Shown here: positions 13,556 through 24,971 of the stretch, in pieces
Layout of the letters: each line of letters opens with the position of its first letter
How positions within the stretch are numbered: the stretch's first letter is position 1
NCBI GenBank assembly: GCA_951406725.2
Contig: OX597823.1
Coordinates: 35,712,001 to 35,776,000 of the forward strand
Direction of reading: 5' to 3'
Source of the DNA: Octopus vulgaris
Lineage: Eukaryota
DNA: 64,000 nt
The notes under the pieces: model-generated
What the model was told of the DNA's origin: nothing
Database searches by the model: none
Seen by the model: the letters and a program-made list of their open reading frames with translations, nothing else
Made by a program: the position numbers and the translations under genes

Positions 13556-13849
13556 TTCCTTTATTCTTTTCAGTCATTTGATTGTGGCTATGCTGAAGCA
13601 CCACCATTTAGTCGAAGAAATCGACCCCTGGACTTATTCTTTGAATGCCTGGTGCTTATTCTATCGGTGATTACTGCCGAACCGCTATGTTACGGGACGT
13701 AAATACACCAACATCGGTTGTCAAGCGATGGTGGTGGGGGTGGGAACAAACAAACACACACAAACATATATATACGAGGGACTTCTTTCAGTTTCCGTCT
13801 AACAAATCTACTCACAAGGCTTTGGTCGACCCGAGGATATAGAAGAATA

Positions 13850-13851
<2 letters not shown>
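13556..13851 (-). mobile_element. SINE family 1 partial copy, inverted duplicate of the 12962 copy
   Basis: Shares private variants and 3' flank with 13048-13390. Confidence 0.85.
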
Positions 13852-13882
<31 letters not shown>

Positions 13883-13885
<3 letters not shown>

Positions 13886-14283
13886 TTATATATAAAAGTA
13901 AGGTTGTGTGCTGTCTGTCTCCTACGATTTAGATTCCTAACTACTCCCACATTTTGCGGTGCAGTTTAACCAAAACCGGGTATCTTATAGTCATGATTCA
14001 TATTGAGCCCTTCTGGGTATTAGCGCGCGTCTACGATGAGTCTACGATTTAAAAAAAAATTTACCATCAATTTTTTCCATTTTTAATGCATTTTTGACAT
14101 ATGTAAGGGAAGTAACTCTCTAAAAATTTATTATTAAATCTCACAACGTAAAAAGCTACAGTAACAACCCCCCCCCCCTTTGTGGTCAGCCATATTGCGA
14201 TGGCTATTATACTTTACATCTCTAAAAATGCTTATATAGTTATTTCCCTTACATACCCGAGCAACGCCGGGCGATACTGCTCG
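13883..14283 (+). mobile_element. Non-autonomous Helitron, family A copy 2
   Basis: A|TC start, cccgagcaacgccggg hairpin, CTCG|T end (CTAG variant). Confidence 0.8.
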
Positions 14284-14432
14284 TATATATATATAATACA
14301 GTGTACATTTAAACACATTAAGAGGTTTCCATCTTAGGAATCCTTTACGCTAGAAAAAACAGCTAAAGTCCAAACCACTAATAAATGATGAATTCTCGAA
14401 TGAAATGAAAAATAAAACATTTACCATCTCTT

Positions 14433-14503
14433 TCCTGGACCTTGGTTTCTGACTTATTTTAGCAAATAAAATAATTTGCTAGGCAAAGTCTTCTTCAACA
14501 GGG
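14433..14503 (-). ncRNA. Hammerhead-like motif, variant core
   Basis: cctg-TTGAAGA-agactt...aagtca-GAAAC-caag-GTC-cagg; C3 replaced by U and an A.A pair at the base of helix II. Confidence 0.5.
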
Positions 14504-14960
14504 ACGCCAAGATTAAACATATAAACACGAAGCCAATCCAGCATGCGCCTCTTGCTTATATATTCTAATTTGTTTTTTTTTTCAAATCCACCACGCAAGC
14601 GCAGTTCTTTTTGTCGGCAGCAAAAAGATGCCAGCAACCTCTTCAAACGAATCTACCAGAAATCATTATACATAATTAATATCAGGGTAATAAAGATTTT
14701 AGAAATTTTTACTACCAGTCACCTAGCGTATAGAAAAATTAGTCAATAGACTATATATTATTCCTATAAAATACAATGTACATTTAAACACATTATGAGG
14801 TTTCCATCATAGAAATCCTTTACGCTAGAAAGAACAGCTTAAGTCCAAATCACTAATTAGGGATAAATTCTCGAATGGGATGAAAAATAAAAACATTTAC
14901 CATCTCTTTCCTGGACCATGGTTCCTGACTAGACTCGTGTTTATCTGTTTAATCTTGGCG

Positions 14961-15032
14961 TCCCTATTGAAGAAGACTTTGCCTAGTAAATGATTTGATT
15001 TGCTAAAATAAGTCAGAAACCATGGTCCAGGA
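14961..15032 (+). ncRNA. Hammerhead-like motif, variant core (inverted copy)
   Basis: TTGAAGA-agactt...aagtca-GAAAC-catg-GTC-cagga with palindromic ACCATGGT helix III. Confidence 0.5.
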
Positions 15033-15269
15033 AAGAGATAGTAAATGTTTTTATTTTTCATTCCCTTCGAGAATTTATCCCTAATTAGAGGTTTGGATTT
15101 TAGCTGTTCTTTCTAGCGTAAAAGATTCCTATGATGGAAACCTCTTAATGTGTCTAAATGTACACTGTATTTTATATGAATAATATATAGTCTATTGACT
15201 AATTTTTCTATACGCTAGGTGACTGGTAGTAAACATTTCTAAAATCTTTATAACTCTGATATTATTAAT

Positions 15270-15315
<46 letters not shown>

Positions 15316-15319
<4 letters not shown>

Positions 15320-16138
15320 TAATATAGGATAGAATTTTTCGAAAAAATTCTATCAATGGCCAGCATATTAAAAAATACCTTTAAAGGTTAAATGTATAAA
15401 CAACTTATAAACAAGGGCAAAAGAAAAAAAATTCTAATGCCAAATATTCCGACAAAGAGACTTCGTCAATAACCATACAATTTATCACTATAAGTACGTA
15501 TCTCGAAGAAAGCCGACAAAAATTTCTAAAAAAAATCCGTTATTACCATATCGGACCCGATTTCAGAGTTAATTCATAAGAACCTTTTCTTCATCAGTGA
15601 TAAATGCGGCAAAGGAATAAATGAAATACTTACTTATACCCATGGAAGAAGCAAACACTAAGTCATGAGCACAATTAAGTACCCCAAATATATCCAGAAT
15701 AGAAATTCTCCAGCACACCTCGAGAACGTGCGATTCGAACTGAAAACTCTCACAGAGTGAGAGAGTCCGGTAGTGAACACTATTAAATTTACATCTAATA
15801 TAGGATAAAAAATTTTCGAAAAAAATCCTATCAATGACCAGCATATTAAAAAATACCTTTAAAGGTTAAATTTATAAACAACTTATAAACAAGGGCAAAA
15901 GAAAAAATTTCTAATGCCAAATATGCCAAAAATATACACTTCTCAATAACCATATAATTTATCACTATAAGTACGTGTCTCGAAGAAAGTGATAACGGAT
16001 TTTTTTAGAAATTTCTGTCGGCTTTCTTCGAGACACGTACTTATAGTGATAAATTATATGGTTATTGACGAAGTGTCTATTTTCGGCATATTTAGCATTA
16101 GAAATTTTTTCTTTTGCCCTTGTTTATAAGTTGTTTAT
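15316..16138. mobile_element. Non-coding PLE/retrozyme-like element: partial tandem (period 476 bp) plus inverted arm
   Basis: catctaatataggat at 15316 and 15792; 15990-16138 is the reverse complement of ~15397-15547; (TA)n on both sides. Confidence 0.8.
15548..15603 (-). ncRNA. Type-I hammerhead-like motif
   Basis: tatca-CTGATGA-aga...tct-GAAA-tcgg-GTC-cgata; conserved core intact, helices I and III imperfect. Confidence 0.6.
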
Positions 16139-16338
16139 ATATATATATACAGCAATAAGAAAACAGAGAGGATCAAGAGGTGGTATTCATCAAATGTTAG
16201 ACATTATATTATGTCTGTTTATTTAAAAAAAAACAATTATAACATATGCTTTACATATATAATATATACATATATAATATATGAAAATATCAGCAATTAT
16301 TAAAATATATAATGTAGAGCATAGAAAATAGGATAGTA

Positions 16339-16460
16339 TCTTACAGCTGTTTCAGCCAAGAGGCCATAGTATCCCACTCTACTTCCATCCCTTCAGTCAA
16401 CTGAAGTATTTGGTAGTTAAGATTAAGGTACTTAAGTGTGTCTCTGGGCTTCGTCAGAGA
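16339..16460 (-). ncRNA. Type-I hammerhead ribozyme candidate with extended helix II, GUA site
   Basis: tct-CTGACGA-agcccagag...ctcttggct-GAAAC-agct-GTA-aga. Confidence 0.7.
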
Positions 16461-16557
16461 GGATTAGAAACTTCATAAGGTTAAGTTATAAGTATAAATA
16501 CATACATATATACACACTTTGACATATACACAATTACTCATAAATATACACACACAC

Positions 16558-16589
<32 letters not shown>

Positions 16590-16599
16590 ATGCATACAC

Positions 16600-17075
16600 A
16601 GTTGCGTACTGTGCTCGATCTAATCGAGTGGCCCCTTTCCCAAAAAATTTTGAGTCTTCGGTAGAAAAGAATATTTTATCGGCGGAAAATGGCCTAAAAC
16701 AATGATAAAACCCAGTGCAGTATACTCAAATCTGATTAATCTGCATTTTTCGGGGGCTCGTAGTCGGCGTCGGAGATTCTTTTAGTCAACAACATTTCGA
16801 GGAGCCTGATTAATGTTTGTTGCAAATTTGGAGGAAAACGACTGGATACTTTTCAAATTGCAAGCCTTAACACTACGAAAATGCTTTAAAATGCGGTTTA
16901 TCTTCCCCTGGGCCTGCATTAGGCAAGAAGTTGAAATTTCTTTGGTCCATGACACTCCATAGATCCTATGTAATACCTGTGTAAAATTTCATTCAAATCG
17001 GTTGGGTGGATTTCGAGTTTTAACGGCATGACAAACACACACAGACACACATCCCGTGTTTTATATATATATAGA
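16600..17075 (-). mobile_element. Helitron-like element, 5' part
   Basis: Minus strand starts TCtatatatatataaaacacgggatgtgtgtctgtg; related to the adjacent element; 3' end not seen. Confidence 0.6.
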
Positions 17076-18206
17076 CTAGCATTATGACCCGTCGTTGCCG
17101 GGTCATAGTGCTAGTGCATGTATATTTGTGTATATATATGTGTACATATTACATGTATATCTATATATATACATCTACACATAAAATACAAAATACAAAG
17201 TTATATCTTGAAATCGCTAGTGATAACAATACTCAAAATATATAACAGACTGGAATTGTAAGCCCGTCTCTTGTAATTTCGATCAATTGTATCTTGTCCT
17301 CCCTCTTGTATAGAAGTGTGGCTACAATCCAGCCTACCTCAACTTCTGGGGGTGGGGGCATTTTAAATTTTTATCCGGCACGTCCTACGTCCCAGATATA
17401 AAGGTAAAAATAAAATATTTCCACTTTGCAAGTTCGAGTCGAGTACTCCCTTGCACGCTCCGTTGATTCGAACCTTGCTTCTATTGTGGCGAATTTACCG
17501 CCTCTAGTTAAATATCTTTCATAGTCGCACCAAGACACTTTTCGATGGTGCTTTCCTCCAGGTGTTCAAATCTTTTTTCTCTACACTGTATACTTTATAG
17601 ACAATGGTATTTTCTTTAATTTAATTTTTTATTATCCATCTGGACTATTCCATTTCTGCACACTAATTTTATTTTTAATTTATTCCCATTCATGTGAAAC
17701 CACTTCTTCAAGTTCAAGTAATTGATGCAATTTTATACCAATTGCTATTTTTACTTTTGTTATGTTACGATTATATTATACTTTAGTTTGATTTTAATTA
17801 TTACTTACTACATATACAATTGTTATTAGTATTTTTATTGTTAACACGTAATACTGAAATAGTGGAGAATATGTGATATTGCTATGGGCTCGCTCTAGGT
17901 AAGAAGTTGAACATTTTTTTTGCCCATGAAACTACATGAACTCTAAGTAAGGCATGTGTAAAATTTGAATGAAATTGGTTGTGTAGTTCTCAAGTTTTAG
18001 GGAATCGTAATGGAGAAGATATGATATTGCTGTGGGCTCGCCCTAGGCAAAAAGTAAAAAATTTTTGCCGATGACACTCCCCGGACCCTAAGTAAGGCAT
18101 TGGTTGTGTAGTTCTCAAGTTTTAGGGAAACACAGACAGACAGTCAGACAGACAGACAGTCAGACAGACAGACAGACACACATTCTCAGTTTTATATATA
18201 TATAGA
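17076..18206 (-). mobile_element. Non-autonomous Helitron (~1.13 kb)
   Basis: A|TCtatatatatataaaactgag 5' end with (CTGT)n, internal ~145-bp duplication (17862/18009), 3' hairpin and CTAG|T. Confidence 0.8.
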
Positions 18207-18286
18207 TTACCAGGACGATAGCGTAAATCGATAGACGTCCAACCTATACACTTGATGCTGTAGTAGTAGTAGAAATAGTAATAGTG

Positions 18287-18329
<43 letters not shown>

Positions 18330-21214
18330 GTGTTGCTTTTGTTGTTTTATTATAGCCGGTGCTAAACATGTCAGTTATATTCCTTGTTTTGTTTGAACTA
18401 CTCAATTAAAATATTTCGCTCTGAGTAGTTTTCACTTCTCAAACAAATATGTGGAATTCCAAAATGGAAGTGATTCCAGAATTGTATTTATGGCAAACTA
18501 ACGTAACATCTTTTATGTAAAGCCATACATGAAACGGCTTTCTAGCCAAATGACATTCACAACATCGAGAAAATGGAATGCTTTTTAAAATTATCGATTT
18601 TAAATGGGAAATACTGTATACTTGTGTGATATTTGCTCGACTTATATATTTCGTCTATTCTTTCAAATGATAAAGGGTGTGCCTTGAAGTACAGATTATG
18701 GATTCGTTCGAGAAACCTGACGCAATCGAGTTTCTGCTCCATACTTTTCACTTGAAAACTGTAAGTCGGCAACTTAATCCATAATATTTCAATGAATTCA
18801 TCCTTCATCTCAGGAAGAAGATATAAAGATTAATATGACGCTAATTATTGCAGCTTCATCAATGTAGTTTACTTTCATTTCTCATTATGGTTCGTGTAGT
18901 ATTATTGGAAACTCTCTTACGTTCCCTACTAGAATATTGGACGCTAAAATCCTCTTTGTCCAAGAGAATAGTTTATACTCTCCTTTATAAGAGGGCAATT
19001 ACTTGAGTCTATAACGCATCAATATTTCCAACTGACAATCTCTTCGTATTCTGAGATTAAACACATATATGTGCAGCGTCCCAGTGTGTCTAGATCTAAG
19101 AGAGGTTGGGTATTGCTGTCTACATCCCTAAAACGAGCAGAATTACCTCACCTCCCTAAGCAGCGGTAAAACTTTATTAGGAACGCTCAGCTGGTCACTT
19201 GACTTGCTATGAATTGCAGCCAAATCTCCCTAGCATCTTAAAAATAATGACAACGCATGACATAACGTCTAAAAAGACAGGATGATTACTGTTGGAATCT
19301 CTCTAATCATAGATTCACCCAGTCAGGATTGATCGGGACTAAACAACAACAACAACAACAAGATGATAGAACTCTAAATTCAGTGGTTGCTTCGTGAATT
19401 TGAATCGCAGTGTTTCTGGGCGGAAAGGGCTCTATTAAGCTAATCCTTCCTGGATCGAAATATGACCTTACCAATGTCCAAGGAATGATATCTAGATAGG
19501 AATTGAATTCAAACTGTTGATCCCTGATTGATAGAATAATTAATTAATACAATTCTAAATTAAATCAAATATTATTTTGATTACATCAAAATTGTCTACA
19601 ACTATTCTTGTTCATTCATCAGAAAGTATATTTTACATTTTTCTTCCCCACCTTTTTTTTCTTTTTCTTTTTTTTTTTTTTTTGGTAGGTAGGCTACAAA
19701 TTTTACTTGATCCAAAGTTTTGCTGCATTTTTATTGCTATGACTAAATTATGAAATATATTTACGATCAAATAACTAAAATTATTATAATTAAAATCATA
19801 TTCAAGAATATTTCTGGAAAGGTATATATACTTCATCATGGTTTTAGTGATTAAGCTATTTTATTCCTTTTCTATTTTACCTGATCATTTTATTATTTTA
19901 TAATAGCCTTTATGAAATAAACAATTTTTGTACCCCTAGAAATTCATACTTAGCTTACATATAACAGTACCGGTATCTTCACAACTTATAAACAAACTGC
20001 TTAGATTATAATTTAGTTAATATATAGTTAGCATGTTCTTTCGCCTCAGTACTTCTTTATTAAATACCAGTAAATGCCAATGATCAATCTTCATAGATAC
20101 CATCTAATAAGTTAATATTTAAGTATATAATATGAATAGATATTAAACTATTTCTATGTAATTTCTTTCCTCCCTCTATTGTGGTAAATTTTGGTATATA
20201 CTCAAAAGTATTCAAAAAAATTATCCTTTTGGTTACAACATTCTTCTTAATATCTTCTTGATAACTCTAAATTTTAACTTTATACAATATAGCAATATTG
20301 TTTAAAGTATTCAACATATACCCCATGATAAAATTTCCCCTGTATTATCATCATTGGTTTTACTAGAGTCTTGCCCCTTTAATTGATAACTAACATCTTG
20401 ATTTAAGATTTTCCTTTACCAAATCTCATTATATAGCTTCAAATTAATCTTGATAGTTTTATGACTATACCCACTATGATTTCTGTCGATTCCCTCAACA
20501 CCTTTCCTAACAGACACTGCTCCTTGTTCCTTGGCCTTACATTTTGATATACAAAGATTTGATAAACAAGACTATAAATTAAAACTGATCCCCCAAAATA
20601 GTGACAAGCTAGATCTCTAACAAGTGTATTTTTCCTGATACTTTAGTATCTTCTAAGCTGAAGTGAAGACGTTTTAGATCAAAATTATATTAGTGTGTCC
20701 ATCTGTTTTAATCTAATTTAATTCTACGTATTTATGCAGCTGGGGATTACTCTGCATTTAAATTGATGTAATGGTTGCATTGTTCAGTTAAATGGAGTCG
20801 CTTGAAACAATCGTACTGCATTACCTCTGGATATCCTGTTGCTTATTTTGATTTTAATCACCTTACTTTGAAATTGTATGGATAATACCGTACTAAATTC
20901 TGGTACCTCAACTTAAGTACCTAATTCATCTGAATCTAAATTTTTGCATATATATAACAATAAGAAAATGGAGGGGATCAAGAGGTGGTATTCATCAACT
21001 TTTAGACATTATATTATGTCTATTTATTTATTTAAAAAAACAATTATAACAATATATATATGTATATAAAAATACCAGTAATTATTAAAATATATAACGT
21101 AGAGCATAGAAAGTAGGATATTATCTTACAGCTGTTTCAGCTAATAGGAATAATATAATACACCTAATAATAATAATAATTGATTACTTTGTATGCATAT
21201 ACATATACATATAC

Positions 21215-21272
<58 letters not shown>

Positions 21273-21352
21273 TTATGTCTATTTATGTATATGTAAAAGT
21301 GTGCATATATGTATGTATGTATTTATAACTTAACCTTGTGAACATTCTAAAC

Positions 21353-21474
21353 TCTCTGACGAAGCCCAGAGACACACCCAAGTGCCTTAATCTTATCTAC
21401 TAAATACTTCAGTTGACTGAAGGGATGGAAGTAGAGTGGGATACTATGGCCTCTTGGCTGAAACAGCTGTCAGA
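21353..21474 (+). ncRNA. Type-I hammerhead ribozyme candidate with extended helix II, GUC site
   Basis: tct-CTGACGA-agcccagag...ctcttggct-GAAAC-agct-GTC-aga; canonical core, palindromic ACAGCTGT, helix I only 3 bp by eye; predicted cleavage after C21471. Confidence 0.75.
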
Positions 21475-21849
21475 TACTATCCTAATTTCTACACTTTACG
21501 TTATATATTTTAATAATTACTGGTAATTGTTATATATTTAATATGTAAAGCATCATATGTTATACATGTATGTATATTGTTATAATTGTTTTTTTAAATA
21601 AATAAATAAATAAATAAATAAAGAGACATAATATAATGTCTAAAATTTGATGAATACCACCTCTTGATCCCTCCATTTTCTTATTGCTGTATAAATTAAG
21701 GATAAAAACTATTTACCCTCACCCATTTATTATATTCAGTGGTGTAATTGCCATGCAATGAACAGCACATGTTAATTGGGTATTCTACCAGCAGTATATT
21801 GGAGATATTATCCTTCAGTTGGTTGGATTCACAACCTCTAACTCTCTTG

Positions 21850-21903
<54 letters not shown>

Positions 21904-21920
21904 TTTCTTTTTTTCTTTTC

Positions 21921-22213
21921 CGACCAGGCTATCAGATGTTGCTACACATCGCTGGTCACAATGCGCTTCGCATTGTTTTAGCCTTCAAATAGCTCTACTC
22001 CGCTGGCTAAGCGAGTAGGCCAACAGAAGAAAGAGTGAAAGAAAGTTGTGGCGAAAGAGTACAGCAGGGATCGCCAACACCCACTGCCGGAGGCCCGTAG
22101 AGCTTTTAGGTGTTTTCGCTCAAAAAACACTCACAACGCCCGGTCTGGGAATCGAAACCGCGATCCTACGACCGCGAGTCCGCTGCCCTAACCTCCGTGC
22201 CATTGCGCCTCCA
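21921..22213 (-). mobile_element. tRNA-derived SINE, family 2
   Basis: Head ggaggcgcaatggcacggaggttagggcagcggactcgcggtcgtaggatcgcggtttcgattcc with A/B boxes; second copy at 25782. Confidence 0.9.
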
Positions 22214-22251
<38 letters not shown>

Positions 22252-22413
22252 TATGCATATATATATATAATAAATTAATAAATAAATAAAACATATGCAT
22301 ATATACATGCATATATGTACGTGCCTACCTCTACATGTATATATATATGCATATATGCATATATGGGTACAGGACACCAAAAAAAACGTCGAACACAATG
22401 AGAAACGAAAACT

Positions 22414-22588
22414 ACTAAGCTAGTAGTTTCCTGCTATTGTCATCATGAGAATCTTTAATATTGTTGTTGTTGTTAGCAGTTGTGGTCATTTAGAGGTACT
22501 ATTTCTACTGCTATGACCACAACTGCTAACAACAACAACAATATTAAAGGTTCTCATGATGACAATAGCAGGAAACTACTAGCTTAGT
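22414..22588. repeat. Near-perfect hairpin, 76-bp arms, 23-nt loop
   Basis: 22414-22489 vs 22513-22588, one mismatch (a G.U pair in plus-strand RNA). Confidence 0.95.
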
Positions 22589-23192
22589 CAAGACAAAAAA
22601 ACTGTAAAATCAATGTTATTTTGGGGTTTAAAGTTCTATTACTACAGCTAATCCTGCCACCACCAACAACAAAAACGACAACAAAAATAAAGGGGATGAA
22701 ATGGTGATGATAAATGTAAAAATCCCTGGGAAATGTTGTTTACAACATTTCTAAAATATAATTTGAAGAAAGAGGAGAAAGAAACAAATTAACAGAAAAT
22801 CAAGGGTTGAGAAATATAGTGTGATAGCTGAATGGTCCCATTCATCTATCACCCTAATTTTCTGTTAATTTCTTTCTTTCTCTTCTTCCTCTAAATTACC
22901 CCTGGCGTTAAGTCTATTAACGGATTTTTAAAAAAATAACTTGCCAGCGTTCCCCGTCATCATATACGTGGTATTCATATTCTGTTAAAATAGCTTATTG
23001 ATGTGTTTTGCTTCTCTTTTTCCCCTGACAAGAAGATTGCATTGTTTTACATCATTTTTATTCCCGCCGGAATAATCTCAATGCTTTCTTCGAAACTTAT
23101 TTTGGAAATAACACCTGCATTTGACTCCATTTCTTAATTTCTCTCTCTCCCTCTTTCTCTCTTTCTCTAATTGAAGAAAAAAGGGTAAAAAA

Positions 23193-23807
23193 TACTCCTT
23201 GCTAAAAGCCAAAGCCACACCTTCAAAAACCCACCATAAATTTTACGATAAGGATACACACGAGCAATGTAATGAATATTTCAAAAATAGGCTCACCTCT
23301 GAATGGAATACAAAGATAAGTAATACATATTTCAATACCAACTGATTTTACGCTTCGCATGATAAACATGCTTTGTGATTTTCAGTTGAAAATAGCATTT
23401 AACATCTATTTTTAAAATATTCACTATTTCTAACTTTAAACATTCCGCTCCGTTTAAAAGAAACTATCGTAAACAATAAAAATTTTAGTATTTATATTTT
23501 TAACGTTTACGATAGCTTCTTTTAAACGGAGCGGGATGTTTAAAGTTAGAAACGCACACGAGTTGACGTAGTGAATATTTTAGAAATAGATGTTAAATGC
23601 TGTTTTCAACAGAAGATCGCAAAGCATGTTTATCATGCGAAGCGCGAAATCAATTGGTATTGAAATATCTATTACTTATCTTTGTATTCCATTCAGAGGT
23701 AAGCCTATTTTTGAAATATTTATTGAATTGCTTGCGTGTATCCTTATCGTAATATTTATGGTGGGTTTTTTTTTTAAAGCTGTGGCTTAGATTTTTAGCA
23801 AAGGGTA
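23193..23807. mobile_element. Fold-back MITE (~615 bp), palindromic over nearly its whole length
   Basis: TActccttgctaaaa ... ttttagcaaagggTA; arms pair to a short central loop near 23490; putative TA target duplication. Confidence 0.85.
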
Positions 23808-23829
23808 TTTATACGCTACTTTTATATAC

Positions 23830-24245
23830 TCTCTTTATTCTTTTACTCTTTTACTTGTTTCAGTCATTTGACTGTGGCCATGCTTGAGGACCACATTTAG
23901 TCGAAGAAATCGACACCAGGACTTATTCTTTGTAAGCCCAGTACTTATTCTATCGGTCTCTTTTGCCGAACTGCTAAGTTACGGGGACGTAAACACACCA
24001 GCATCTGTTGTCAATCGATGTTGGGGGTGACAAACACAAACACAAACACACACACATATATATATACATATACATATATACGACGAGCTTCTTTCAGTTT
24101 CCGTCTACCAAATCCACTCACAAAGCTTTGGTCGGCCCGAGGCTATAGTAGAAGACACATGCCCAAGGTGCCACGCAGTGGGATTGAACCCGGAACCATG
24201 TGGCTGGTAAGCAAGCTCCCTACCACACAGCCACTCCTGCGCCTC
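23830..24245 (-). mobile_element. SINE family 1, full length
   Basis: Head ggcgcaggagtggctgtgtggtag, tail gactgaaacaagtaaaagagtaaaagaa. Confidence 0.9.
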
Positions 24246-24272
24246 TATATATATATACAGACATATATATAT

Positions 24273-24340
<68 letters not shown>

Positions 24341-24971
24341 GTAGAGAGAAGCAAATAAAATAGTGAGGGATTATCAATATATGGGCAAAATACTTCATGA
24401 GTTCTCTGCTAGCACATCAGGCTAACAATATTACTTAGACTAGTGAAGAACACCATGTAATCATTTGGCAGGCTCCAAGGTTATGGCTCATCGTAGTTTT
24501 ATATTGCAAGTCCGTGGATGGGCAAAAACAAAGTGTTTTTTATACATAGTGATATATAAGAAACAAGTTACAAATAATGATCATTACATATTTTTCCTTT
24601 ATTGGAAGTTTACTCAATTGGGGAAAATTGAATGACCTAAGAAAATTAATGCTACTTTCGTCAGAGCCTTTTCTAGTTATAACAAGCAGAGCACTAGAGG
24701 AATAGCTGTCGTGTGAGAAAGGTAGGAGGAGAAGATGGAAATATTCAAGTAGAATATAGAACAGAAGAAGATTGGTTACAAAAAGGTGGAAGTAGGTGAA
24801 GGGATGATATAGGAGTCACTTACTAGAAGCAGGAGCATTATACTCCTAAGTTTGGGAGAGGTACAGTCTAAAACATTTGTGTTTGCAGTCAGGTCAGCAC
24901 TTCTTACCATATTAACATTGTATATAGCTCATTCAGACAAAGGACACTAAAATAATAATAACAATAATAAT

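Larger units (their letters stand above)
14295..15275. mobile_element. Non-coding PLE/retrozyme-like element: partial tandem (period 475 bp) plus inverted arm
   Basis: taca.tgtacatttaaacac at 14297 and 14772; 14936-15275 is the reverse complement of the unit; (TA)n on both sides. Confidence 0.8.
16147..21692 (-). mobile_element. Penelope-like element relic bounded by inverted pLTRs (16147-16520 minus, 21295-21692 plus) with an internal direct partial pLTR (20958-21141)
   Basis: Arms are reverse complements carrying hammerheads; interior interrupted by Helitrons and other repeats; no intact ORF, so whether the whole interior belongs to it is uncertain. Confidence 0.65.

Noticed and set aside
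18400-18900. 83-aa minus-strand ORF in non-repetitive-looking DNA
   Set aside because: No recognisable domain or convincing splice context
19690-20950. Possible decayed PLE ORF N-terminus following the internal pLTR
   Set aside because: Position fits but the translation is too degenerate to call
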